In this document: positions 33,407 through 44,140 of the stretch, in pieces
Layout: the number at the start of each line of letters is the position of its first letter
How positions within the stretch are numbered: position 1 is the first letter of the stretch
NCBI RefSeq assembly: GCF_001447785.1
Contig: NW_015160245.1
Location: 396,032-460,031 of the forward strand
Source: Gekko japonicus
Taxonomy: Eukaryota
DNA length: 64,000 nucleotides
Reading direction: 5' to 3'
Position numbers and translations under genes: made by a program
Notes under the pieces: generated by a model
The model's database searches: none
What the model was told of the DNA's origin: nothing
What the model saw: the letters and a program-made list of their open reading frames with translations, nothing else

Positions 33407-36400
33407 TCACAGCCAGATCTCTTCGCTGCTGCCGCTTGAGGCTCTGTAGATGTACCCGACCATGGGGAAGTGGCTGAGACCTGCAAGTGCAGAGAAACAT
33501 CCTCACAGCCCTTGCTACAAAACGGATGGCTGCCTTCGAGGCAAGAGAGGCCTGGCTGGGAGCCCGGTGGGAGCTGCTGCCCAGGGCACTGCCAAGGTCC
33601 CATCCGCACAGCCTCCGAGCCAAGCCAGCAGTTCAGAAACAAATGTCCCCTGCCCGGTAACCCTTTGGGGGGTCCTTCCTCTTCCTATGCCTACAGAAGC
33701 AAGAACGAAGCTCGCTCAACAGATCTGCGTAACGAGAGTCGGGGAATGAGCCTCACAAGGGCTGTGGGTTGTGCTGGTTGGCCTCCTGTCCTTTGGCCAA
33801 TGAAGGTGACCAAGCAGCTGTCGGGGGAGAGCCACCGTTAGGGCTGGCCTGGAATAATGAAGTGCTTTGGGGTTCTTCGGCCTTCGTCTCGCTTCCTGCG
33901 GCACATCCTTTGGCAGGGAGGCTCCATGCACCCCGAAGGATGGTCTTGAATCTGCCGCCTGTCCTTTTCTTTAGGCGGCTTTGTGCTCAGTCCACTTTTG
34001 CCACACCCTTCTAATAAGAACACCTCATCTTTCTCCTCAGCTTTTCCCCAGGCATTTCTAGCTGGCCTTCCTCAGGGAAATGTCTCAGGCAATGTTCCCT
34101 CTAAGCTGTGGAGTCTTGTGAGCAAAAATTCTACCTTGTGAGCTACTGACATTAAAGTTCTGAGTGAGCGATTTGGCTACTGCATAAATTAGTTTGCTCT
34201 GGAGCCACCCTTCCTGAGCCAAGACAAAAATGTGTGAGAGCTGGAGGCTAAAAACCTGTGAGCTAGCTCACACTAACTCAGGTTAGAGGGAACACTGGTC
34301 TCAGGATAGTTTCTAGAAAAAGCCCTTCGGGGCCGTTTCCCCTCTGGCCTGCCGCCTTGCCGGAAGAGGCCTGCGGGACTGCACCCAAGGCCCCGCCCCC
34401 CGACACAGCCGTCCCACAGGCGGTGCCTTTCTTCTCACGCTGCTTTCTCCTGTTCCCCATGTGGCCTTTGCCGTTTCTATGGCTGCCGCCCACTCGGGCC
34501 TGGTTCCCCCGTGCAGAACGGGCTGTGCCGCTTCAGACGTGGATCCCAGCCTGGAATGTCCTTTGCATTAAACCAGAAGCCAGGGGTCGTTTCGTAGAAA
34601 AAGAGCTAGGGGAACTCATTAGCATATGCCACACCCCCTGACATCACCGGAAGTGCATCATAAGGCCACACACCCCGCCCCCAACGGTCCCAGCCGCCGC
34701 CGCCGGCCTTGCAGCTCCACTGCCGAGCCCCATGAGGGGCCTGGCGGTGGACCTGCAAGGCTGGCGGGAGTGCAAGGAAGCCCTGCAAAGGCCCTCCGTG
34801 GCCCCAGGCAGGCAGGAGTGGGGAGAGGCAGGGAATAAGCAACTTACCCTCCCTCTTCTCCTGCCTCCTCCTGGCTGAATGAGGGCCGGAAGCGGGGCAG
34901 CCGGAAGCAGGGGGCGGGGCTTCGTCATGTGCCCCGCCCCCGTACCTCACCCGGGGGCACTGCGATCCCCCGCGCTCTGACCTCTGCCAGAAGCCCCCAT
35001 GCAGGCAGCAGCGGAACAAAGTCTGAGTCCAGTCAGGCTCCACGAATAAGACGTCGTTGGTCTTACAGGTGCCTGACTGGACTCAGACGTTCTTCAGCAG
35101 GGAAACGATGACATGCCCCCTCTTCTTGCAGGGGGACCCTTCCACAACGGAAGCCTCCCCCCGGAGCCTGGCATGCTGCACCTAGTATCTGACGATGGGG
35201 GCCCTGGCTCCGGGCTGGTGGGGATGGGAGCGTTGCTGGAGGGTCTTCCCGGTCATGCCGGCAAGCTCTGCAGGAAGCTCCCTCTCACCTCTGTTTGCCG
35301 AGGCCAGGCTGTCCTCTGGCTCTGAAAGGGCCCCCTCCTCGTCCTCCACTCCTTGGGCTGCGACCTTGGCTGTAAATGGGGAGGGAAACAGTGGGTAGGG
35401 CTGGGGGAGTCCTGGGCCCTTTTGCATCAGGAGCTTCTCCCCGGCGCCCTGCGAGGGAGGGGGAGAATGGTAAAACTGGACCAGTCCCCTTTACCTGGCG
35501 GTTCCGGTGTGAAGTCATTCAGCTGGAGGTTGGAAGGGAGAGACCTGTTTGCCCGTGGCAGCCGTGGGCCCTGCGGCTTCAGGGGGCTGGAGTCCTGCCT
35601 AGGGCAAGAGCGGAAGGCTACTGAGCAGGGCCGAGCCCCTCCCGCGAGCCAGGTCGGAGGCCACCTTCCGGAGGGAGCCCTCTGGGTGAGCCCTGTGGCC
35701 ACCGCAGCCCCAGCCGGAGGAGACCTGGCAAGCTGGGGCCCAGACAGACAGGCAGGGAGGCGACACGGACCGCCACCAGGAGAGGGGGGGGGGGCTGATC
35801 CAAGGGCCAGGGTGGGAAAGTTACCTGGGAGGCAACTGGGCTGGCAGGGAGAGTCCTGCAGAGAGAAGGCAGAGAAGCCGGTCAGCCAGCGGGTGTGCCA
35901 CCCCAGCCGCTATGCCAGCTCGCGCCCCCCCCCCTTACCTACCTGCTGCCTTCTTTCCTTTCTGGTATCCCACGTAGCTGATGAGAGCAGCCAGGCCCAG
36001 GAGGAGCCCCAGGGCCCCCGTGGCACCGATGAGCAGGGGCAGGAGGGGAAGGTCGATGCGGGCACCCAGGAAGCCTAGGGAGCCAGGAAGGCCAGTCCGG
36101 TCAGGGCCCCCCAAGTGCTTTGGAGCTGGGACCCCCCCCCCCACCTCCTCTCTGTATCTGACTCCTGTGGCCACCACCGGGCCGAAACTCTGGCTGCCAG
36201 CAGCAAAGCTACTCCAGGGGCCCTCCCCCAGGCCCCTTACCAGGCAGCAGCACGGAGGAGGCATTGAGGACAGGGGCCTTGCCGGAGGCCCCCAGGGAGG
36301 AGGAGGAGTTGTGGGCCCAGCCGCGCAGCTGCACTTCCAGGGTGTGGTTGGCCAGCCAGGGGTAGGTCTTGGCGTCCACGATGAGGAAGTGGGAGGTGTT

Positions 36401-36540
36401 GACCATCAGGCGGCCCTCCTGGTCCACCCAGGTGATGTTGGCCGGGGGGCTGGCCTGCACCAAGACGAAGAGCACGAGGAGGAGGCCTGGCTGCCGGCCC
36501 TCTTCCGAGCGGGCCTCCACCTGCACGACCTCGGGCTGAA
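33407..36540 (-). CDS. TMEM25: Transmembrane protein 25 (Ig superfamily); signal-peptide and first Ig exons presumably in the gap 36645-37456
   Basis: Exons 36540-36241 (LFVLVQASPPANITWVDQEG...YPWLANHT), 36074-35943 (transmembrane segment), 35855-35825, 35598-35495 (RLPRANRSLPSNLQLNDFTP), 35369-35289 and 33480-33407 (GYIYRASSGSSEEIWL*). GT-AG with consistent phases. Confidence 0.93.
34090..34297. mobile_element. hAT-type MITE with perfect 8-bp target-site duplication
   Basis: TIRs caatgttccctctaa / ttagagggaacactg; TSD gtctcagg at 34082-34089 and 34298-34305. Confidence 0.9.
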
Positions 36541-37561
36541 CTGCAAGGCAAAGACACCAGGCCCGGCGTTGGCCATCCGGAGAGCCGCCCTTCCCCCCCC
36601 CCCCCAGCCCCCCCCCCCCCCCACCCCCCCTCCACGCGCAGGGANNNNNNNNNNNNNNNNNNNNNNNNNNNNNNNNNNNNNNNNNNNNNNNNNNNNNNNN
36701 NNNNNNNNNNNNNNNNNNNNNNNNNNNNNNNNNNNNNNNNNNNNNNNNNNNNNNNNNNNNNNNNNNNNNNNNNNNNNNNNNNNNNNNNNNNNNNNNNNNN
36801 NNNNNNNNNNNNNNNNNNNNNNNNNNNNNNNNNNNNNNNNNNNNNNNNNNNNNNNNNNNNNNNNNNNNNNNNNNNNNNNNNNNNNNNNNNNNNNNNNNNN
36901 NNNNNNNNNNNNNNNNNNNNNNNNNNNNNNNNNNNNNNNNNNNNNNNNNNNNNNNNNNNNNNNNNNNNNNNNNNNNNNNNNNNNNNNNNNNNNNNNNNNN
37001 NNNNNNNNNNNNNNNNNNNNNNNNNNNNNNNNNNNNNNNNNNNNNNNNNNNNNNNNNNNNNNNNNNNNNNNNNNNNNNNNNNNNNNNNNNNNNNNNNNNN
37101 NNNNNNNNNNNNNNNNNNNNNNNNNNNNNNNNNNNNNNNNNNNNNNNNNNNNNNNNNNNNNNNNNNNNNNNNNNNNNNNNNNNNNNNNNNNNNNNNNNNN
37201 NNNNNNNNNNNNNNNNNNNNNNNNNNNNNNNNNNNNNNNNNNNNNNNNNNNNNNNNNNNNNNNNNNNNNNNNNNNNNNNNNNNNNNNNNNNNNNNNNNNN
37301 NNNNNNNNNNNNNNNNNNNNNNNNNNNNNNNNNNNNNNNNNNNNNNNNNNNNNNNNNNNNNNNNNNNNNNNNNNNNNNNNNNNNNNNNNNNNNNNNNNNN
37401 NNNNNNNNNNNNNNNNNNNNNNNNNNNNNNNNNNNNNNNNNNNNNNNNNNNNNNNNGGGGGGAAAGGAGAGGGGGGGGAGGCGTTTTTGGGGGGGGGGGG
37501 GGGGCAGCCATCCGGCCATCCGGCCGGCCATCCGGCGAGAGTCCCGGGCGGTCGGTGCGCT

Positions 37562-38571
37562 TTACTCGCGGTCCTCCTGCGGCGGCGGCGGGCGCGGCTC
37601 CCCCGTCGCGCCGGTCCCGCGCAGCGTCTTCATGGCGGCGGCCAGCATGTGGTTGCAGAGGGCGGCGTAGGGGTTCATCCGCGCCAGCTGCTGCCGGGCG
37701 AAGCGGCTCCCCAGGCGGGCGGCCTGCGCGAAGTCCTCCCGGGCGGCCTCGTCGTGGCCCTGCAGCCGCCGGAGGAGCCCCCGCTGCACGAAGGCCTGGC
37801 GCGCCACCCGGCCGGACCCCCGGCTCAGCTCCAGCGCCGCGCCCAGCGCCTCCAGGGCTCCTGCGGGGACACCGGGGAGAGGCAGGCGGCGAGGCCCGCG
37901 TCAGGGCCCAGAGGGGGAGGCCGGGCCCCCCCACCTGGCTGGCGCTCGAGCTCCCGGGAAGCGCCCCTGGGGCCACGCGGGCCCGGCCTCCCCCCCTTCC
38001 CACCCCCACTCACCGGCCACGTCCCCCTGGAGGCGCAGGGCCTGGGCTCGGTTGTTGTGGGCGGAGGCCCGCGCCGGGAGCAGCCGGATGGCTCGGCCGA
38101 ATCTCTCCAGGGCCGCCTCCGTGTCTCCTGCCTCGGCCGCCGCGATCCCCTCGGCCTCCAGCCCCCGGGCTTCTGCCAGCAGCTCCGGCGCAAAGGCGCC
38201 TGCGGGAGGGAGGGAGGTGAGAGGCCGGGCTAGTTCGGAGACGCCTCGAGGGCCGCCCAGACCAGACCCCGGCCCCTGCACGACCCCCGCGGCTCACTCC
38301 CCATCCCGCTGGAAGCGCCCCCGCGGAGAGGCCGGCCTCAGTCGCCGGGATCCTGCCGCTGGCCGCTGCCGCCCGTGGGGACACCTCTGCCCTGGTGGCC
38401 AGGCTCAGCAGCCCCGGCCTTGCGCCACCCCTGGGGCGGCTCACCCTCCTCCGGCGGCAGCGGGGGCGGCTCTTCCTCCTCCTCCTCCTCGCCAGCCGCG
38501 GGTCCCCCGAACGGGGCGTGAGGGTGGAAGAGGCACTCCAGGACGGCCTCGGCCTCCTCGGCTGTCCCCAT
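37562..38571 (-). CDS. TTC36: Tetratricopeptide repeat protein 36
   Basis: Three exons: 38571-38445 ([22 protein letters not shown]), 38199-38014 ([18 protein letters not shown]) and 37860-37562 ([11 protein letters not shown]...[11 protein letters not shown]). A CCAAT element lies upstream at 38655-38659. Confidence 0.95.
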
Positions 38572-39042
38572 GGCGGCGTGGCGCACCGGGCACTGAGGGG
38601 CTGGCCGGCCCCGGGACCGGGGAGGCAGGCGGGAGGGGGCTGGCCCACGGACAACCAATGGCCCGGGGGGGGGAGGAGGAGGAGGAGAGAGGCCAGCAAC
38701 CTGCCGGGCAGCCCAGGGGGTCAAGGGCCCAGGTCGCTGGAAGGATTGCCGTCGCCCTTTCGACCCGAAGTAGTGTGCAGGCTTCTCTGGACAACCCTGG
38801 GAGGGAGGCCAGGCTGGGGTGTGTGTGTGTGTGTGTGACCGGCCCAAGGTCATCCGGGGGCACTTTGAGGAAAGGATTTGGAACTTTTCATTGAAAAAAG
38901 ATGACTGAGGAGGGGAGACACGAGAGAGGTTTCTCGGTCCTTCATACCAGTAGAACTCGGGATTATGGAGTGGGATGGATGGATGATTAAATTGTGGCCC
39001 TCACTACCAGAGGGCGCAGTGATGGCCTCAAGCATTGATAGC

Positions 39043-39569
39043 TTGTGGAGTCCCGTGCCCACTTTTGGGCACCACATTTGAGGAAGGATGCTGACAAGCT
39101 CGAGCGTGTCCAGAAGAGGGCAACCAGGATGGTGAGAGGGTTGGAATCCAAGTCTTACGAGGAAAGGCTGAAAGAGTCGGGTCTGTTTAGCCTGGGAAAG
39201 AGAAGGCTTAGAGGGGACACGATTGCAGTCTTCAAGTATCTGAAGGACTGTCATGTAGAAGACGGAGTGGATCTATTCTCTCTTGCTCCGGATTGCAAGA
39301 CTAGATCTAATGGGTGGAAATTACAAGGGAGTCGTTACCGGCTAAATATCAGGAGAGACTTCCTGACTGCAAGAGTGGTTGAGCAGTGGAACCGTCTGCC
39401 TCGGGAGGTGGTGGATGTTCCTTTGCTGGACGTTTTCAAGCGGAGGCTGGACAACCCTCTTTCGGTACGTTGTAGGGCCATCTTTCGGCTGTGCTCCTGC
39501 AGAGTGCAGGGGGTTGGACTAGATGACCTGCAAGGTCCCTTCCGACTCGAACATTCTGTGATTCTGTGA
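39043..39569 (+). mobile_element. 5'-truncated CR1 LINE of a different subfamily, upstream of TTC36
   Basis: [27 protein letters not shown]...WNRLPREVV; ends with an attctgtgattctgtga tail. Confidence 0.92.
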
Positions 39570-39639
39570 AGAGGGGATCCCACCCATTCGTGGAGTGGTT
39601 CAGCAAGGGATCCTCTATGTTCAGAGGCAGCCAGCTTCA

Positions 39640-39790
39640 GTGGGTGACCATGAGCCAGTCACATGCTCTTAGCCTAGCATGGCCTACCCCACAGGATTGT
39701 TGTGAGGATAAAATGGAGGAGGAGAGAATGAAGTAAGCTGCTTTGGGTCCCAGCTGAGGAGAAAGGGGAGGTATAAATGAAATAAATATA
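39640..39790 (+). mobile_element. Old MIR/CORE-like SINE 3' part
   Basis: cacaggattgttgtgaggataaaatggaggag core-like segment with an A-rich tail. Confidence 0.5.
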
Positions 39791-39864
39791 TATCCTGTTT
39801 AGAGGGGGCCCTCTGAACTACAAAAACTTAATGTTTAAGATGGATTTTAAAAAGATTATAGAAA

Positions 39865-41165
39865 ACTTACCTGTAACTTGTTTATTGAGTATCTTCTGTG
39901 CAGGCACACATGGGGGGGGGCCTGCACGTGAGCAGGCCTGCCTATTGGAAGGTTTTTCTAGCTCAGAGCCTCCAGGGGGCGCTGTGCACCAGAGTGGAGC
40001 TCATTCCCACCCAGGGACCACTTGCTCCAGGAGTGCGGCACCCCTACCCTCAGTTCCTAAACACCACCAAAGAAGCATGCAGCGCGGCAGGAGGGAGGGT
40101 GCATGCCTGCAAAGACACTTAATGAGCAAGTTGCAGGTAAGTGCAACCCTGTTTTCATCATCTATCTTCTGTCACCAAACTTGACCACTTCTAGCCAGAA
40201 CTGCTTCAGTGGCTGGGGGGGATGGCTCCCATGGTGGGTGGGGCCAACTGACTCACGAGAGCGGGCTCCGTTTGATCCCTTACGCCTCTGGGAGAAACTC
40301 GGCTGGGGAGGAGAAGGCTTAGAGGGAGGGTACGGAGCGCCTGATGTGTCGGCACATCTATAGTCCAGCTGATAGGGGTGCCAAGGCTGACAGGAGGAGG
40401 ATCTTTGTTTATACTGGGCTCGACTAGGTACACCCCCCCCCCCAAGGACTTCACAGTCTTTCTTTATTAACATCAAGTCTCATCAGTCTTCGATGAAAAG
40501 AATGTGGAGCCTTCGAAAGGCAGGTCTTCAGTTTTCTGTCTTTTCTCAGTGGAAAGTGTTGCTGTTTCTAAGGACTGGGACACAGGAGCCATTTGCTCCT
40601 CATACATTTTGAAATCCTCAGTAGGCAAAGTGGAGGCGGCTTCTCCTATTTGTTCATCCGGGCTTTGTGCCGAGGCTGACCCATCGGACTCAACCGTTGG
40701 GTCTGCATCTCCTCTCTCGAATCCAGGGGGAGGGAGGCCTGCTGGTCCTTGAAACCAAAGGCGCATATGAAAATGAGCTCCGTGAATAGTAGTGACTGCT
40801 CAGATCCAGGTGCCCGCTGCAAGTATCGCCCCATTCCGCTAGGTATCCTGGTGACATCCTGTGCAGGTAGGAAGGCCGTCTGGCAGGCGGATGGTGTTGG
40901 GGCCACGGAACCGTCTGCTCAGGGTCGACGTCAAACAAGAGTTGACCGGTCAGCAACTTGGATTAGACTTCTCCTTCTGAAACCAAGATTGGAAATAGCC
41001 TCCGTTCTGGGGGCATAGTGGGTTTTGCTTGTAGAGCTGGAGTCAGTTCTGGGGTTTGGGCCATCCCCTTGGAGTGGGAGGTGGTCTTTTGCCTATCCTT
41101 CCCTTTACCCTTGACTTTCTTGGCAGGCGGCTCCAAAGAGGCGCGTTGCCCGAACAGATCCTCTG
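39865..41165 (-). mobile_element. Decayed, internally deleted DIRS1-type (tyrosine recombinase) retrotransposon
   Basis: Gag/LAP2alpha-like remnants (EPPAKKVK, EDFKMYEEQM, EDLPFEGSTFFSSKTDET). Imperfect inverted repeats at 39865-39906 and 40104-40142 (acttacctgtaacttg.../...caagttgcaggtaagt) resemble reptile DIRS termini. Confidence 0.7.
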
Positions 41166-41430
41166 AGACACGAGGGCAGAGCCCACCGCATCAAACCGAA
41201 GGAAGCTGCTGTCGGCCGCTTTCCAATCGGCTTGGAAGGCGTGGGAACAGAGGCTCAAAGGGGGCCCTCTCCCAAAGCACTGCCTTAAGTTTAGAAGCCC
41301 CGTCTCCCAGCGTGCCCCTCTTCCCTGGCGCCAGGCACACACGTGAGCCTGGGGGAGTGGGGGGGGCACCTCCAGCAGCCTAATCAATAACGGAAATACC
41401 ACCATCCTCTGAAGCAATAAACTTGACATG

Positions 41431-44140
41431 TTTATTAATTAAACTATCACTTAAATAAAAAAAGTGCATAGAAAATAAACATGTTTAAAAACTCCTTTTT
41501 TTTTACAACTATATACACAGATTTTTTACATTCAGTCATTTCTTGAACCATTGAAAGAACTTCCTTCGTCCCTGGGATGGCAGGGAATTAACACTGACGC
41601 ACTGGAGACACATTTCCTCTTTTGAAAGAAAGGAAAAAAAAGTCCAAACAGTTTGGAAGAACACAAGAAGAAAAGGAAAACAAAACTGAAGATTGGTTTG
41701 ACATAAGTTGCATTTTGTTTGAAACAGAACCCTGTGTTTGCAGCGGAGTATCTGCACGGCTCGAAACAATTATTCACTACTGACACTGAATCAAAGGAAC
41801 GCCACATGGACAGTTCTTGGCTGAGAGGCAAAGCAGCAGGATCTGGTCTCGATACCAGGAAAGCGCGTGATACGGCTGTGGCACCCCAACAAGGAAGAAG
41901 TCCAAAGGAGGGAGAAACAAGTTGCACAAGTATTGACTGCTCACACGGAAAAGCCAGGAGACTGCCTCGCCAAGGGCACTCCCAGCGGCAGGCCCAGCCA
42001 GAGAAGCGCCTCCCCCCCCCAGCTGGGAGGGGGAGGGAGAGGGAGCCTCCTGCCTGTTGAGCAACTGCAACACAACCTTGATCTATAGTGTTAAAGAGAA
42101 TTCAAAGCCAGGCTTCAAGACACGGTGCATTACAATAGTAGTTCCTATATATACCATATTTATAGCTATAAAACCTTGCAGGTGTTTGGGTGGGGGATGG
42201 ACCAGCAGTCTAGGGGCAAAGGACATGATTCTGCGCAAAGGACGTCTGTCAGGAGGACCCCGTATTGCTTTGCAAGGGAGGAGGAGGAGAGGGAAGCGAA
42301 GGTTAGACCCAGCCCTTTGCTGTGACCCGCTTTTCCTTTAAAAAAATAAACACCTTAAAGGTTTGAGTCTTCGTAGTCTCAGGTATCATGATCTCTGTCA
42401 GTCCTTAGAAATATACATTCATGTTGCCGGGAGGAAGCTGTGCGGCGGGGACCCCTCCCCTTGCGCAGAGAAGCAACGCCAACCGGAGTGCCTGAGACCT
42501 GCCCCCAGCGCACGGCTTCCTCAGCTCACAGGCAGTTTGACTGGCCATGGTGGCTGCTGCTCACAGCAGCCGGGACAGATTCAGCAGCAGCAAGGGCCAG
42601 CGAGCCGGCTCTCCCTTCCCCCCGGGCATCCTGCTCCTCAGTGTGTCCTTCAAGGCATTGGGGGGGGGGCAGCCTCCCTCCCTCGCCCTGCTGCCCGTGT
42701 GCTCCCGCGGGTGCAACCAAGAGGAACAGTGGAGGACCCCTCGCTGGCCAGCCTCATCCAGCAGGGAACAGACAGACAACAGGCATGAAGCCACACTGCG
42801 CCCGCCCGGCCCCCCCCCCGGGCTGGGCAGCACAGAGCGGGGCTTTCGTGGTGCCGGGCAGCCCCCTCCAGGCAAACGGCCGGAGGGATGAGGGGGAGAG
42901 GGCAGGGAGTGTGCTTACTGGCCTGGCAGGAAACTGCTTGGGCAGAGGAGGAAGCTCCACGCCTGAGCTCTGCCCTGGTGGAAGGAGATGCCGGCCCACC
43001 CAGGCTGGGTGCTTCCAGAGACCAGGAAGGGCAGAGGCCGCAGCCTCCGGTCTCCATGGAGGGGTGGCAGGGATCTCCCTCCCTCCCTTTCGCCAGGCAG
43101 AACCTTCAAGGCCCAGCCCAAGATTCTAGGGAAGAAGGAGCCGCTGGAGAGCTCCCGCGGGGCCTCGGGCCAGCCACCCCCTGAAGGCCCCCCCCCACTC
43201 CAGCCAGAAACGGGTCTCTCTTAAATTAGGATGACACCACAGTTGAAAAAATAGTCTCGTAAGTGCTCTTCCCAATGAAGTGCTTCTCATAGAAAAATAT
43301 ACAAAATTATTTACATTTACAAATCCTTAAATATTAAAACTGTAAACAGAACCAAGTAAAATCCAATGATGCAATTCAAGAGGTGGCAACGGAAGGCGGG
43401 TGGAGAGGAGATGGTGCTGCTCGGATGTACCCTCAGAGGGGCGCAAGGCCCCCCCCCTTCACTCACACACACGCTCACCCATCCACCCCCAGGTATCACG
43501 GCCACCAGGCTTCCCAATCAGCTCGGAGCCCCTGGGAAGGCCTGCCCAGAACCAGCTCGGAGACTTCCTGAGTCCTCTGGCTGGCTGAGCAGCTTCCCTG
43601 CCTCGGATTCCCCCCCCCCCCCGGGACGGCCCGGCCGCGTGGGGGGAGAACACTCCTGCTCTACCGGCTCTCCGTCTAGAGGCAAGGGGGGTGCGTAGGG
43701 GACAGGAAGGCTGGGAACCGCCCTGCTCTCTGCGGCAAGACTGGCCAGCAGCACCTCCCCCACCTCTGCTCAGACACAGGGGCTGCTTCGGGGCCATGCC
43801 GCACCCCCGCCTGCTGAAGCCAAAACAGAGCAACAGCTGAACGCACCCCCACACCCCAACACAGCCAGGCCACGGTTCAGGCGAGGCTCCCAGCGGTGCT
43901 GGCCCCTCAAACTCAGCCTCTCCGCAGTGGCACCTGGCTGTGTGTCTCAGGAAAGCCAAGTCCGTGCTCCGGCTGAGGCCCTGTGCCCCAGCCCCAGCGC
44001 ACTGCCCGCCCGCCCACCACGAGGACCCTCTTCTCGGGAGGGGAAGGGAGTGCCTCGGAGGGGGTGCCCCGGCCCCACCTGCCAGGTGTGTATTGGGCCG
44101 AGAGAGACCCCAGAGCAACCGCCGCAGCAGCCGGGCCGGC
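41431..44140 (-). other. KMT2A: KMT2A 3' UTR ending at AATAAA (41431-41436)
   Basis: Runs from the SET-exon stop to tttatt(+). It has AT-rich blocks within GC-rich DNA, as is typical of constrained UTR segments. Confidence 0.65.

Noticed and set aside
34606-34790. GFLALP... segment as the TMEM25 last exon
   Set aside because: Wrong phase. The true last exon, ending GYIYRASSGSSEEIWL*, is at 33480-33407.
38718-38731. HNF4/DR1-like site upstream of TTC36
   Set aside because: Two mismatches to consensus in GC-rich DNA, too weak to call.
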